From NCBI GenBank assembly GCA_022340425.1, contig JAJDNY010000021.1:2972-66971 (forward strand): a stretch of 64,000 nt of DNA, given 5' to 3'. Numbering within the stretch: the first letter of the stretch is position 1; the number at the start of each line of letters is the position of its first letter. Made by a program: the position numbers and the translations under genes. The stretch is from Desulfobacteraceae bacterium. GTDB lineage: Bacteria > Desulfobacterota > Desulfobacteria > Desulfobacterales > JAABRJ01. Shown here piece after piece: positions 18,293-27,856 of this stretch. The notes under the pieces were generated by a model. That model had not been told where the DNA came from. It ran no database searches and was given only the letters and a program-made list of their open reading frames with translations.

Positions 18293-20155
18293 ATGATCAG
18301 CGTCGAAAATCTCAGCAAAAGCTACGGCGGAAGAGTGCTGTTCGAGTCCATCAGCTTTCGCCTCAACGCCCGCGAGCGGGTGGGGCTGGTGGCCCGCAAC
18401 GGCGAGGGCAAGACCACGCTGTTGCGGATCATCGTTGGTGAGGAGCAGGCCGATGCCGGCAGCCTGGTCATTCCCCGCAACTATCGCATCGGCTACGTGC
18501 GCCAGCAGTTGGATTTCAGCGCTGATACGGTTCTGGGAGAGGGCGTTCGCGGGCTGCCGCCCCACGAGCGCGACCAGGTCTGGAAGGTCGAAAAAATCCT
18601 GACCGGTCTGGGGTTTTCCGAAAACGATTTCGGGCGGCGCCCATCGGATTTCTCCGGCGGCTACCAGGTGCGGCTGAACCTCGCCAAGGTCCTGGTCTCT
18701 GAACCGGACCTGCTGTTGCTGGATGAGCCCACCAACTACCTGGACATCACCTCCATCCGCTGGATCGAGCGTTTTCTCCTGAACTGGCTCCACGAGGTGA
18801 TTTTGGTCACCCACGACCGCGGTTTCATGGACAAACTCGCCACCCATATCGTCGGCCTGCACCGCGGCAAGGCCCGCAAGATCGCCGGCGACACCCACAA
18901 GTACTACGCCCAGATCGCCCAGGAGGAGGAGATCTTCGAAAAGACCCGCCTCAACGACGAGCGTCGCCGCAAGGAGATCGAGCTGTTCATTTCGCGCTTC
19001 CGCGCCAAGGCCCGCCTGGCCAATCTGGTGCAGTCGCGGATCAAGACCCTGGGCAAGATGGAGAAAACGGAAAAGCTGGAAAAGCTCCAGGAGCTGGATT
19101 TCGCCTTTCGCAGCCGGCCCTTCAAGGGTAAATTTGTGCTCCAGGTGCGGGGCCTCGCGTTTGGCTTCGCGCCCGGCCGGCCGCTTTTCAAGGGGCTGGA
19201 CTTTGCGGTGCGCGCCCAGGACCGGATCTGCATCATCGGCCCCAACGGCCGGGGCAAAACCACCCTGCTCAAACTCCTCCATGGCGCCCTGACCCCCACC
19301 AGCGGCGAGGTGAGCCCGCACCCGGCGGCGGCCCCGGGCTTTTTCGAGCAAACCAACGTGCAAAGCCTGGTGGACAGCCGCACGGTGGAGGAGGAGATCC
19401 TCTGGACCAGCCCGGATGTGGGCCGTCAGCAGGCCCGCAACATCTGCGGTGCGATGCTGTTTGCCGGCGACGAGGCCCTGAAGAAAATCAGCGTGCTTTC
19501 CGGCGGCGAAAAGGCGCGCGTGATGCTGGGCAAGCTCTTGCTGACACCGGTCAATCTCCTGCTGCTGGACGAACCGACCAACCATCTGGACATGGAATCC
19601 TGCGACGCCCTTCTGGCCGCCATCGATAGCTTCCCGGGCGCGGTGGTGATGGTGACCCACAACGAGATGTTTCTGCACACCCTGGCCGAGCGTCTGATCG
19701 TCTTCCAAGGCGGCACTGCCCGCCTCTTCGAAGGCGGCTACCAGCGCTTCCTGGAAACCGAAGGCTGGCGCGACGAGGGCGGAGCCGCCGGCGGGAGCCG
19801 CAGCGGCGCGCAGATGGTCAAGCTCAGCAAAAAAGAGGCCCGCCGCCGGCGCTCGGAGATCATCACCCGGCGCGGCCGGGAACTGCGCCCCCTGGAAGAG
19901 GCCATCGCCGCGGCGGAGAACCGGATCGAGGCCGAGGAAGCCCGGCTGAAGGATCTCAACGGCGGGATCTTGGCGGCCTCCCAGAACGGGGACGGCGCGC
20001 GCATCGCCGAACTCTCGCGAAGCCTGCATGCCTGCCAGGAGGCCATCGACCGGCATTTTGCGGAGCTTGAGAAACTCAGCGCGGCCCTGAACCGGAAAAA
20101 CGCCGGCTTCGAGTCCCAGCTGGCCCAGCTGGGGGAGGGCGACGCGTCGGACTGA
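18293..20155 (+). CDS. ABC-F family ATPase (two ABC domains, no TM domain)
   Basis: Two Walker A sites (ARNGEGKTT, GPNGRGKTT), two LSGG signatures (FSGGYQ, LSGGEK), a charged linker and a C-terminal coiled coil. Start taken at MISVENLSKSYGG (18293), just after the upstream stop. Confidence 0.88.
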   Translation: MISVENLSKSYGGRVLFESISFRLNARERVGLVARNGEGKTTLLRIIVGEEQADAGSLVIPRNYRIGYVRQQLDFSADTVLGEGVRGLPPHERDQVWKVEKILTGLGFSENDFGRRPSDFSGGYQVRLNLAKVLVSEPDLLLLDEPTNYLDITSIRWIERFLLNWLHEVILVTHDRGFMDKLATHIVGLHRGKARKIAGDTHKYYAQIAQEEEIFEKTRLNDERRRKEIELFISRFRAKARLANLVQSRIKTLGKMEKTEKLEKLQELDFAFRSRPFKGKFVLQVRGLAFGFAPGRPLFKGLDFAVRAQDRICIIGPNGRGKTTLLKLLHGALTPTSGEVSPHPAAAPGFFEQTNVQSLVDSRTVEEEILWTSPDVGRQQARNICGAMLFAGDEALKKISVLSGGEKARVMLGKLLLTPVNLLLLDEPTNHLDMESCDALLAAIDSFPGAVVMVTHNEMFLHTLAERLIVFQGGTARLFEGGYQRFLETEGWRDEGGAAGGSRSGAQMVKLSKKEARRRRSEIITRRGRELRPLEEAIAAAENRIEAEEARLKDLNGGILAASQNGDGARIAELSRSLHACQEAIDRHFAELEKLSAALNRKNAGFESQLAQLGEGDASD

Positions 20156-20238
20156 GGGCCGCAAACCGGCAGGCCCCGCAACGGGCGGGGATGGCCGCCG
20201 CGGTCGCACCCACGGACACTTAACCGGAAGCTTTCGCC

Positions 20239-21054
20239 ATGGAGACCCTTGCTGCCAATACCGTGCGCTTTGTGGACAGCCATCTGCACCTCGATCTCGT
20301 CGCCAAATCCCATCGGGCGCGGATAACCTGGCTGCGCAAGGCCGGGTGCCTGCCCGTCGCCTGGGCCATGGGCGGCGGCGGGGGGAGCGTCCCCAAGCTG
20401 CGCAAGTACCTCGAGGCCCAGCGCAACACCATGCACCGCCTGCGCAAGGCCGATCTGGCGGGGTGGTTTCTGACCGGCGTGCACCCGCGCCATATCCCGG
20501 CGGCCCTCAAACCCGAGGCGCTGGCCTCCTTGCTGGCGCCTTTTCTCGCCGATCCCTTCTGCCGCGGGGTCGGCGAGATCGGCCTGGATGCCGCCGACGA
20601 GCGCGAAAAGGAAATCTTCATCGCCCAGCTGGAGTTGCTGCGCACCGAAATGAGCCGCCATCTGGTGGTCGGGGTGCACACCCCGCGCGAGGACAAAGAG
20701 CGGGTGACCGAGGAAATCCTGGCGATCCTCAACCGCTACACGCCATGGGCGGACCGCATCGTGGTGGACCACTGCAGCCTTGCAACCCTCGGGGCGGTGC
20801 TGGAGGGCGGCTTCTGGGCCGGCGTGACCCTCAGCCCGGCGAAGTCCTCGGCGGCGGATGTGGTCGAAATGTTGGCGCGCTACCCGCGCGCCCTGCACCG
20901 GGTGATGCTCAACAGTGACAGCGACGGTGAGTTCCACGAGGACCTGCAACGTTTCGTCGCTTCCCAGGGCCTGCCGCCGGAAGCCCTGGTGCGCCTGAGC
21001 CGCGATAACGCCCTGACCTTCTATCGTCTGCCGCGGCCGTCAAAGCCGGTCTGA
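20239..21054 (+). CDS. TatD-family metal-dependent hydrolase
   Basis: DSHLHLD near the N-terminus and a GEIGLD motif. Confidence 0.6.
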   Translation: METLAANTVRFVDSHLHLDLVAKSHRARITWLRKAGCLPVAWAMGGGGGSVPKLRKYLEAQRNTMHRLRKADLAGWFLTGVHPRHIPAALKPEALASLLAPFLADPFCRGVGEIGLDAADEREKEIFIAQLELLRTEMSRHLVVGVHTPREDKERVTEEILAILNRYTPWADRIVVDHCSLATLGAVLEGGFWAGVTLSPAKSSAADVVEMLARYPRALHRVMLNSDSDGEFHEDLQRFVASQGLPPEALVRLSRDNALTFYRLPRPSKPV

Positions 21055-21133
21055 TCCGCCTGGCGGCGCGGCCGCAAGATAAGTTTCAGCCCCATTCAGG
21101 CCCGGCCCCGGCCGCGCGCCAAGGAGGTGGCCC

Positions 21134-21769
21134 ATGTCCTATATCCTGGCCTTTTACGGCAGCCCCCGGCGCCGGGGCAACACCGCCACCCTGCTGCAGC
21201 ACGCGGTTCAGGGGGCGCGTGCGGCCGGCGCCGAGGTCGAGGAGGTCGTCCTTAGGGACCTCAAGATGTCCCCCTGTCTGGAAATATACGGCTGCAAGAA
21301 GGACGGGCGCTGCGTGATCCAGGACGACTATCAGCCACTCCACGACAAGCTGCTGCGGATGGACGGGATCATGCTGGCCTCGCCGATTTTTTTCTACACC
21401 GTTTCAGCCTTCACCAAGGTCCTGATGGACCGCTGCAACGTTCACTGGGTCAAAAAATACTGGATCGACCAGGCGACCATGGGAAAATGGGAAAATCGCC
21501 GCAAGGGGCTCTTCATCGCCGCCGGGGCTACCCGGGGGCGTAAATTGTTTGCGGGGGTCGAGCTGAGCATCCGCTATTTCTTCGATGCCCTGGACACCCA
21601 GTTGTGGCGGTCATTGTGCTTTCGCGGGCTGGACTTTCAAGGGGACGTGCTGAAGCATCCGGCGTACTTGGAAGAGGCCTTGGCCGCCGGCCGCGACCTG
21701 GCCCTGGCGCTGGCAGCCGACGCCGAAAGCGCCGGGGAGAGCCCACCCCCCGCAACTGGAGGCGTCTGA
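21134..21769 (+). CDS. Flavodoxin-like fold NAD(P)H-dependent FMN reductase / iron-sulfur flavoprotein-like
   Basis: FYGSPRRRGNT FMN-binding loop and ASPIFFY motif. AAGGAGG RBS. Confidence 0.7.
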   Translation: MSYILAFYGSPRRRGNTATLLQHAVQGARAAGAEVEEVVLRDLKMSPCLEIYGCKKDGRCVIQDDYQPLHDKLLRMDGIMLASPIFFYTVSAFTKVLMDRCNVHWVKKYWIDQATMGKWENRRKGLFIAAGATRGRKLFAGVELSIRYFFDALDTQLWRSLCFRGLDFQGDVLKHPAYLEEALAAGRDLALALAADAESAGESPPPATGGV

Positions 21770-21775
21770 ATCGCC

Positions 21776-23242
21776 ATGGAGCTGAAAAGCCTGAACCTGA
21801 AAACGGCCGCTGTGGAGACCCTCGTGGTGCCGGTCTGCGAGGATGCCGAGCTGCACCCCAACCCGGTCCTGAGCGCCCTGGCAGCCCAAGCCAAGGCCCT
21901 GCCCGAATTCAGTGGCAAAAGCGGTGAGGCGCTGACCCTGCACGCACTCCAAGGGCTCCCGCTGCGCCGGGCGATCTTCCTCGGCCTGGGCCCCCTGGCC
22001 GCCATCGACCGCGAAGGCCTGCGCCGTTTTGCCGGGGCTGCCGTTCAGAGGTGCATCGGCTGCCGTCTGGCGGAGGCCCTGATCGCCGTGCCGGCGGCCG
22101 CCCGGCTGAAGATTACGGTCCCCGACCTGCTGACAGCCCTTCTGGAAGGCGCTTTTCTGGCCAACCATCGGTTCGACCGCTACAAGGCCGAAAAAAAGGA
22201 GACCCCCCTGGCCCGGCTGGCCTTTCTGGTCCGGTCCCAGGTGGCCCGGCAGCACCGCGACCTGCCCGAGCGGGTGGCCACGGTCTGCGGCGGCACCCTG
22301 CTGGCGCGGGAGTGGGTCTCCATGCCGGCCAACGACAAGCGGCCCGCGCAGTTCGTGCAGGCCTTAACCGAACAGGCCCGGGCCGCAAATCTGGACGTGA
22401 CCGTGCTCGACGAACGGGCCCTGCAAAAGGAGAAGCTCGGCGCGCTTTTGGCCGTCGGCGGCGGCAGCGACAGCAGACCCGCGCTGGTGCTGATCGACTA
22501 CAACCCCCGAGGGGCGCGCCGAAGCCTGGCGCTGGTGGGCAAGGGGGTGACCTTCGATGCCGGCGGTCTGAATCTCAAACCCACCGGGTCCATCGAGGAG
22601 ATGAAGATCGACATGGCCGGTGCGGCCGCGGTGGCGGCCGCGATGATCGTGATCGCCCGGCTGAAGCCCAAGCTGCGGGTGGTGGCGGCTCTGCCGGTGG
22701 TGGAGAACATGATTTCCGGCAGCGCCTACCGGCCCGGGGATGTCGTCACCAGCTACGCCGGCAAGACGATCGAGATCGGCAACACCGACGCCGAGGGGCG
22801 CCTGATCCTGGCCGATGCCATGGCCTACGTGGTCCAAAAATACCGGCCGGACACCCTGATCGACCTGGCGACCCTGACCGGGGCCTGCGTGGTGGCGCTG
22901 GGGGAGGGGATCGCCGGGGTTTTTTCGCGCGACGACGATCTGGCCGAGGGCATCCTGCGCGCCGGCCGGGTGACCCATGAACGCTGCTGGCAAATGCCTC
23001 TACCGGACGACTACAAGGAGCTGCTCAAGAGCGAGATCGCCGATCTGCGCAGCGTGGGGACCACCCGCTGGGGCGGCGCCATCGCCGCGGCCTTGTTTCT
23101 GTCGGAGTTTGTCGGCGACACCCGCTGGGCGCACATCGATATCGCCGGCCCGGTCTATCGCAAGAAGGAAGACGCCTACTGCGGTGCGGGGGGCACGGGC
23201 TTCGGCGTTCGGCTGCTCTGGGAGCTGATTGAAAAGCTCTGA
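21776..23242 (+). CDS. pepA: Leucyl aminopeptidase (M17)
   Basis: VGKGVTFDAGGLNLKP and NTDAEGRLILAD M17 signature motifs. Confidence 0.92.
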   Translation: MELKSLNLKTAAVETLVVPVCEDAELHPNPVLSALAAQAKALPEFSGKSGEALTLHALQGLPLRRAIFLGLGPLAAIDREGLRRFAGAAVQRCIGCRLAEALIAVPAAARLKITVPDLLTALLEGAFLANHRFDRYKAEKKETPLARLAFLVRSQVARQHRDLPERVATVCGGTLLAREWVSMPANDKRPAQFVQALTEQARAANLDVTVLDERALQKEKLGALLAVGGGSDSRPALVLIDYNPRGARRSLALVGKGVTFDAGGLNLKPTGSIEEMKIDMAGAAAVAAAMIVIARLKPKLRVVAALPVVENMISGSAYRPGDVVTSYAGKTIEIGNTDAEGRLILADAMAYVVQKYRPDTLIDLATLTGACVVALGEGIAGVFSRDDDLAEGILRAGRVTHERCWQMPLPDDYKELLKSEIADLRSVGTTRWGGAIAAALFLSEFVGDTRWAHIDIAGPVYRKKEDAYCGAGGTGFGVRLLWELIEKL

Positions 23243-23246
23243 AGGG

Positions 23247-23278
23247 GCCGGGCCGCCCGCAATCCCGGGCGGCCCGGC
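23247..23278. terminator. 13-bp GC hairpin between convergent genes (possible bidirectional terminator)
   Basis: GCCGGGCCGCCCG (23247-23259), loop CAATCC, then CGGGCGGCCCGGC (23266-23278). It lies between the pepA stop and the stop of the minus-strand flavoprotein. No U-tract. Confidence 0.45.
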
Positions 23279-23286
23279 CGCGGGGG

Positions 23287-24999
23287 TTACTCTGAAGGGG
23301 CAAAATCGGGGTCGCTGAGCTTGACCATCCCGACGCCCCCCTGGATGTTGCGGGTTTCCTTGACGCCCTTGCTGCGCAGCAGCAGCTGGGCCTCGTAAGA
23401 TCGGGGCCCGGAGCCGCATATCAGGCAGAGCTTCTCTCCCTTGGGGACCTCGTCCAGGCGGCAAATCAGCTCCTCCTGGGGGATGTTAAGCCACTGGCTG
23501 CCGTATTTTTCCATAAACGGCGAGGACTGCACCACGCTGCGTACGTCCAGCACCCTGATCTTGCCGTCCTTGAAGTCTTCGAGAAACTCGGCCACATCGA
23601 TGGGCTCCTGCCGGCCCTCCATGATGTTTTCAAGGGCATTGGCCGCGTTGTTGACGATGTCCATGGCCGAGGCAAAGGGTGGGGCGTAGGCCACCTCGAG
23701 GTTGGAGATTTCCTCCAGGCAAACATCGTGATGCAGCAGGGCGGCCACGGCATCCACGCGCCCCTTGACGGCGTCGCCGGCTTTGCCCACGGCCTCGATC
23801 CCCAGCACCCGGCGGGTCTTGCGGTCGGCAATCAGCTTGATATACATGAGCTCCTGGGACGGGTAAAAGTGCGCCCGGTCCGACTGCACCACAACCGCGT
23901 GCACCGGGTCAAAGCCCGCAGCGGCCGCTTGGCGCTCGGTCAGCCCGGCCCGGGCGATGCCGAAGTCGAAAACCTTCAGGCAGAAGGTGCCCACCGTGCC
24001 GCTGATGCGCCCCCAGCCCCCGGTGATGTTGGTGCCGATTACCCGGCCCTGGCGGTTGGCCAGGGAGCCCAGCGGCATGTGGACGGTCTCGCCGCTGACC
24101 TTGTGCAGGATTTCAATGCAATCCCCCCCGGCGAAGATATCCGGGTCCGAGGTCCGCAGCCCCTCGTCCACCCGGATGCCGCCGAAGCGCCCGACCGCCA
24201 AACCGGCCTCCCGGGCCAGGGTGCTGTTGGGGCGCACCCCCACGGCCAGGATCACCAGCTGGCACGGGATTTGGCCGTTGCTGGTCTCCACCGCCTGGAC
24301 CCCGCTCTGGGCGTCCCCCAGAATGCGGGTGACCCGCTCCGAGAGCAGGACCCGCACCCCCTTTTCGGTCATGTGGTTTTTGATCAAGAGCGCCATGTCC
24401 GACCCGAAGGCCGGCGGCAGGAGCTGGTCCATCATCTCCACCAGGGTGGTTTCCACTCCCCACAGATCGGTCAGGGCCTCGGCCATTTCAAGGCCGATGG
24501 CGCCGCCGCCGATGACCACCGCGCTTTCCACCTGCCCCTTGGCGATCATGTCCTTGATGAGCTTGGCGTGGTGAAGGTTGGCGACCAGCGACACCCCGGG
24601 CAGGTCGACCCCCGGCAGTGGCGGCCGCACCGGGGTGGCGCCGGTGGCCAGGACCAGCTTGTCGTAGGGCAGGTTTTCTTCTTTGCCGTCAGGCTGGTGG
24701 CGTATTTTGAGTGTTTTGGCCCGGCGGTCGATGGCCAGGGCCTCGGCATGCACCACATCGACGCACTTGGCGTTTTTGAAAAACCGGCTGTCGCGCAGGA
24801 CGTGGGCGCTGGTGGAGCGCAGGCCTTCCAGGTCGGCCACGTCACCGCCGATGTAGTAGGGAATGCCGCAGCCGCCGTAGGAAATGATATAGTCCCGATC
24901 CAGCAGTTTGACTTCCGCCTCGGGGTCCAGACGCATCACCCTGGCGGCCACCTTGGGGCCCAGGGCCACAGCGCCGACGATTATCACACGCTTTGCCAT
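23287..24999 (-). CDS. CoA-disulfide reductase-family flavoprotein fused to a C-terminal rhodanese domain (persulfide/polysulfide reductase-like)
   Basis: IVGAVALGPK, redox Cys motif SYGGCGIPY, GGGAIGLE and GGDC. The C-terminal ~100 aa carry the rhodanese active-site loop CGSGPRS. Confidence 0.85.
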   Translation of the reverse strand: MAKRVIIVGAVALGPKVAARVMRLDPEAEVKLLDRDYIISYGGCGIPYYIGGDVADLEGLRSTSAHVLRDSRFFKNAKCVDVVHAEALAIDRRAKTLKIRHQPDGKEENLPYDKLVLATGATPVRPPLPGVDLPGVSLVANLHHAKLIKDMIAKGQVESAVVIGGGAIGLEMAEALTDLWGVETTLVEMMDQLLPPAFGSDMALLIKNHMTEKGVRVLLSERVTRILGDAQSGVQAVETSNGQIPCQLVILAVGVRPNSTLAREAGLAVGRFGGIRVDEGLRTSDPDIFAGGDCIEILHKVSGETVHMPLGSLANRQGRVIGTNITGGWGRISGTVGTFCLKVFDFGIARAGLTERQAAAAGFDPVHAVVVQSDRAHFYPSQELMYIKLIADRKTRRVLGIEAVGKAGDAVKGRVDAVAALLHHDVCLEEISNLEVAYAPPFASAMDIVNNAANALENIMEGRQEPIDVAEFLEDFKDGKIRVLDVRSVVQSSPFMEKYGSQWLNIPQEELICRLDEVPKGEKLCLICGSGPRSYEAQLLLRSKGVKETRNIQGGVGMVKLSDPDFAPSE

Positions 25000-25182
25000 A
25001 GTTTCTTTTCTCCTCGTCCGGTCGGTCCGGAAACGCTTTGTTGCGGTTGCACATCAAACAGGATATATCCCAAAAACTCCTTTTAGCCACCTGTCGCAGG
25101 CCTGTCAAGGTCTTGCATGTTCCAAGGGCCGCACTGGCGGCGGCGGCCCCGCAAGCCCTGGGCCGCGGCCTGAAAAGAGTTC

Positions 25183-25210
25183 TTGCAAAACGGGCGGTTG
25201 GTTTTATATT
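25183..25210 (+). promoter_or_regulatory. Putative sigma70-type promoter for htpX (TTGCAA-N16-TATATT)
   Basis: Read directly: TTGCAA at 25183-25188 and TATATT at 25205-25210, ~55 nt upstream of the htpX ATG. Confidence 0.4.
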
Positions 25211-25265
25211 TAGCGTGTTTTTCGTCGCAGGTGAAACGTCTGCCGCAATGCGAAGGAGTACTAAA

Positions 25266-26204
25266 ATGTCGAATCAACTCAAAACCACCTTTCTTCTGGC
25301 CCTGTTGACGGTCTTCATCGTCCTGGTTGGGCGGTTGCTGGGCGGCCAGCAGGGGATGATCCTCGCCTTTTTGCTGGCGGCCGGGATGAATTTTTTCAGC
25401 TACTGGTTCTCGGATAAAGTGGTCCTGCGGATGTACCGCGCCCGCGAGATCACCCGCGAGCAAGCCCCGGAAATCTACGACATCGTGGCCTCCCTGGCCC
25501 AGCGGGCCGGACTGCCGATGCCCAAGGTCTGCATCATTCCCCAGGAGACCCCCAATGCCTTCGCCACCGGTCGCAACCCCGAGCACGCCGTCGTGGCGGT
25601 CACCGAGGGGCTGCTGCGTCTGATGGACCGCGAGGAGATCACCGGGGTGCTGGCCCACGAACTGGCCCACGTCAAAAACCGTGACATTCTCATCGGTTCC
25701 ATCGCCGCCACCATGGCCGGGGCGGTGATGATCCTGGCCAACATGGCGCGCTGGTCGGCCATTTTCGGCGGCGTCAACCGCAACGATCAACAGGGCGGCG
25801 GCTTGGGCATGATCGGCCTGCTGGTCACCTCGATCCTCGCGCCGATGGCCGCCATGGTGATCCAGATGGCGGTTTCGCGCTCGCGCGAGTACCTGGCCGA
25901 CGCCACTGGCGCCGGATTTTCCGGCAATCCCGAGGGGCTGGCGCGGGCTCTGGAAAAACTCGGCGCCTACTCCAAGCAGCTGCCGATGCAGGCCGCCCCC
26001 GCCACCGCGCACATGATGACCGTCAACCCGCTCACCGGTGGCGGCCTGGCCAACCTTTTCTCCACCCATCCGCCGTTGTCCGAACGCATCGCCCGGCTGC
26101 GCGGTGTCCGCCCCGCCACCGGCAGCGGCAGGCCGCAATCGGATGGCGAGGCCAGCAGCGGCCGGGACGCGGGCCGTGCCATGTGGGACCGCCTCTCCCG
26201 TTGA
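25266..26204 (+). CDS. htpX: Zinc metalloprotease HtpX (M48)
   Basis: [10 protein letters not shown] zinc motif, four TM segments, SREYLAD. Start ATG at 25266 follows AAGGAG; the ORF track extension to 25038 was rejected. Confidence 0.9.
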   Translation: MSNQLKTTFLLALLTVFIVLVGRLLGGQQGMILAFLLAAGMNFFSYWFSDKVVLRMYRAREITREQAPEIYDIVASLAQRAGLPMPKVCIIPQETPNAFATGRNPEHAVVAVTEGLLRLMDREEITGVLAHELAHVKNRDILIGSIAATMAGAVMILANMARWSAIFGGVNRNDQQGGGLGMIGLLVTSILAPMAAMVIQMAVSRSREYLADATGAGFSGNPEGLARALEKLGAYSKQLPMQAAPATAHMMTVNPLTGGGLANLFSTHPPLSERIARLRGVRPATGSGRPQSDGEASSGRDAGRAMWDRLSR

Positions 26205-26234
26205 AGGAGCGGCTTGCCAAAAGGAGCGCTTGGT

Positions 26235-26489
26235 ATGAAAGACGATCGGGGGCACTACTACTACCCCTTTCCCCAGAACAAGCGGGTGCGCATGTACGTG
26301 CGGCAGGGTGAGGCAGGGGTTGATTTCAGGCTTTGGAACCAGGACGATCCGCAGCTGTGGACCGAGCACGGCTGGGTGCCTTACGCGGCCATCACGGCGG
26401 CCAGCGCCATTTACCGCAAGAAGGGCTTCGATCCGAACCAGGCCTATGATCTCAAGTTGGCCAAGGCGCTTTTGGCCGAATCCCCCTAA
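26235..26489 (+). CDS. Hypothetical protein (84 aa)
   Basis: AAGGAG RBS 7 nt upstream of ATG 26235 and high GC3. No family recognised. Confidence 0.5.
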   Translation: MKDDRGHYYYPFPQNKRVRMYVRQGEAGVDFRLWNQDDPQLWTEHGWVPYAAITAASAIYRKKGFDPNQAYDLKLAKALLAESP

Positions 26490-26581
26490 GCGCCCGCCTC
26501 TGTTTGCCACGGAGGAGCGAAATTGCCGTTTTTGCGGGACCCGGTAAATCCAACCCCGACCGCTAAGCCCGAAGGGACCCT

Positions 26582-26806
26582 ATGAAATCCTATCTCATCC
26601 TTTGTCTGCTGGTGATCGCCCTGGCGCTGCCGGCTTGCAGCGGTCCCAGCCCCACAGAGCTTCTCGAGACCGCCCGGCTGGAAGAGAAGCAGCACAACCC
26701 CGAGCACGCCGCAACCCTCTACCGCGAGATCATTTCCAAATTTCCCGACAGCGAGGCCGCCAAGACCGCCGCCGCCCGACTGGCGGCCATGGCGCCAACC
26801 CCATGA
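26582..26806 (+). CDS. Small lipoprotein with a single TPR-like helix pair
   Basis: Signal peptide plus lipobox (LALPAC), then a YbgF/TPR-like LYREIISKFPDSEAAKTAAARL segment. Confidence 0.6.
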   Translation: MKSYLILCLLVIALALPACSGPSPTELLETARLEEKQHNPEHAATLYREIISKFPDSEAAKTAAARLAAMAPTP

Positions 26807-26843
26807 GTTTCCCGAATTTCAGCCAAAACCGAGGAAAAGGGCG

Positions 26844-27596
26844 ATGACCGCCGACGCGAACCTTAAGAAACTGCAGCTTCGGATCGAGGAACTGGAGGAT
26901 ATCTGTGACCAGTGCCTGAAATCCGAACAGATGCTGCGCCGCAGCAACCAGACCATCAAAAGCATCCTGGCGCACTCTGCGATCGGATTCGGGTTGGTGG
27001 AAAACCAGGCCTTCGTGGAGGTTAACGAGGCCATGCGCAAACTCTTCGGTTTCAGCCGCAGAGGCGATTACGAGGGTAAGCGCCTGTCTGCCTTGTATCC
27101 CGCCACGGGGGATTACGCGCGTATCGCCGACGGTATCGAGACGACCCTGCGGGCCGGTGAGGTCGTTCAACTGGATACCACCTTCCGGCGCAAGGACGGC
27201 TCCACCTTTCTGGGCCACCTGAAAATCAGCACCCTGGATCCCGCCAATCCGATGCGGCGGGCGGTGGTGTCGGTTTCGGACATTTCCTGGCGCAAAGCGA
27301 TGGAAGCGGAGCTGATGGAAAAAGAGAAGCTCCAGGGGGTGATCGAGATGGCCGGTGCCATCTGCCATGAGCTCAACCAACCAATTCAGGTGGCGACCTT
27401 CGAGTTCTCCCAGGTGCTGGAAGAATCGGACCTTGCACCGAAAGTACGGGCCGATTTGACCAAGATCAAACGCCAGATCGACAAGATCGCATCGATTACC
27501 GGCAAATTGATGCGGATCACCCGCTATGAAACCTGCGAATACATCGAGGGCAAGAAGATCATCGACATCGACCGGGCTTCGGGCCTGCTCCCTTAG
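26844..27596 (+). CDS. Coiled-coil / PAS / DHp (H-box) protein lacking a kinase catalytic domain
   Basis: PAS core (FVEVNEAMRKLFGF...FRRKDGSTFLG...SDISWRK), then an H-box AGAICHELNQPIQ. The ORF stops ~70 aa later with no N/G1/F/G2 boxes. Confidence 0.75.
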   Translation: MTADANLKKLQLRIEELEDICDQCLKSEQMLRRSNQTIKSILAHSAIGFGLVENQAFVEVNEAMRKLFGFSRRGDYEGKRLSALYPATGDYARIADGIETTLRAGEVVQLDTTFRRKDGSTFLGHLKISTLDPANPMRRAVVSVSDISWRKAMEAELMEKEKLQGVIEMAGAICHELNQPIQVATFEFSQVLEESDLAPKVRADLTKIKRQIDKIASITGKLMRITRYETCEYIEGKKIIDIDRASGLLP

Positions 27597-27666
27597 GGCG
27601 ATTGATTCCCCGGTGAAACCAGCCGGCCCGGGAAGCCCCCGGTTTTGGGCAACTCGCCGAAAGCGG

Positions 27667-27695
27667 TTGACCTCCCCCGCGACAACGGCTATAAT
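27667..27695 (+). promoter_or_regulatory. Near-consensus sigma70 promoter (TTGACC-N17-TATAAT)
   Basis: TTGACC at 27667-27672 and TATAAT at 27690-27695 with exactly 17-nt spacing. It lies ~160 nt upstream of the next start codon. Confidence 0.6.
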
Positions 27696-27856
27696 TAATA
27701 TGTTTTTGCGTGACGGGCTGCGACCCGTCCGCGGGCAGGTCCGCGGCTGGCCGAAAATCCCGGCCGCCGGGTGTTGCCGTCAAATCGGCCGCGTGCCATG
27801 AAGCGGCGCCGGCGGTTGCCGGCAACGCAGGGGAAAACGGCTCTTGGACGGGGGTT

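Noticed and set aside
27702-27856. Attempt to assign the structured leader to a known riboswitch class (c-di-GMP-I/II, ZTP/pfl, fluoride, guanidine).
   Set aside because: None of the conserved core sequences I remember for those classes is present. A covariance-model scan is needed, so the leader is left as an unexplained element.
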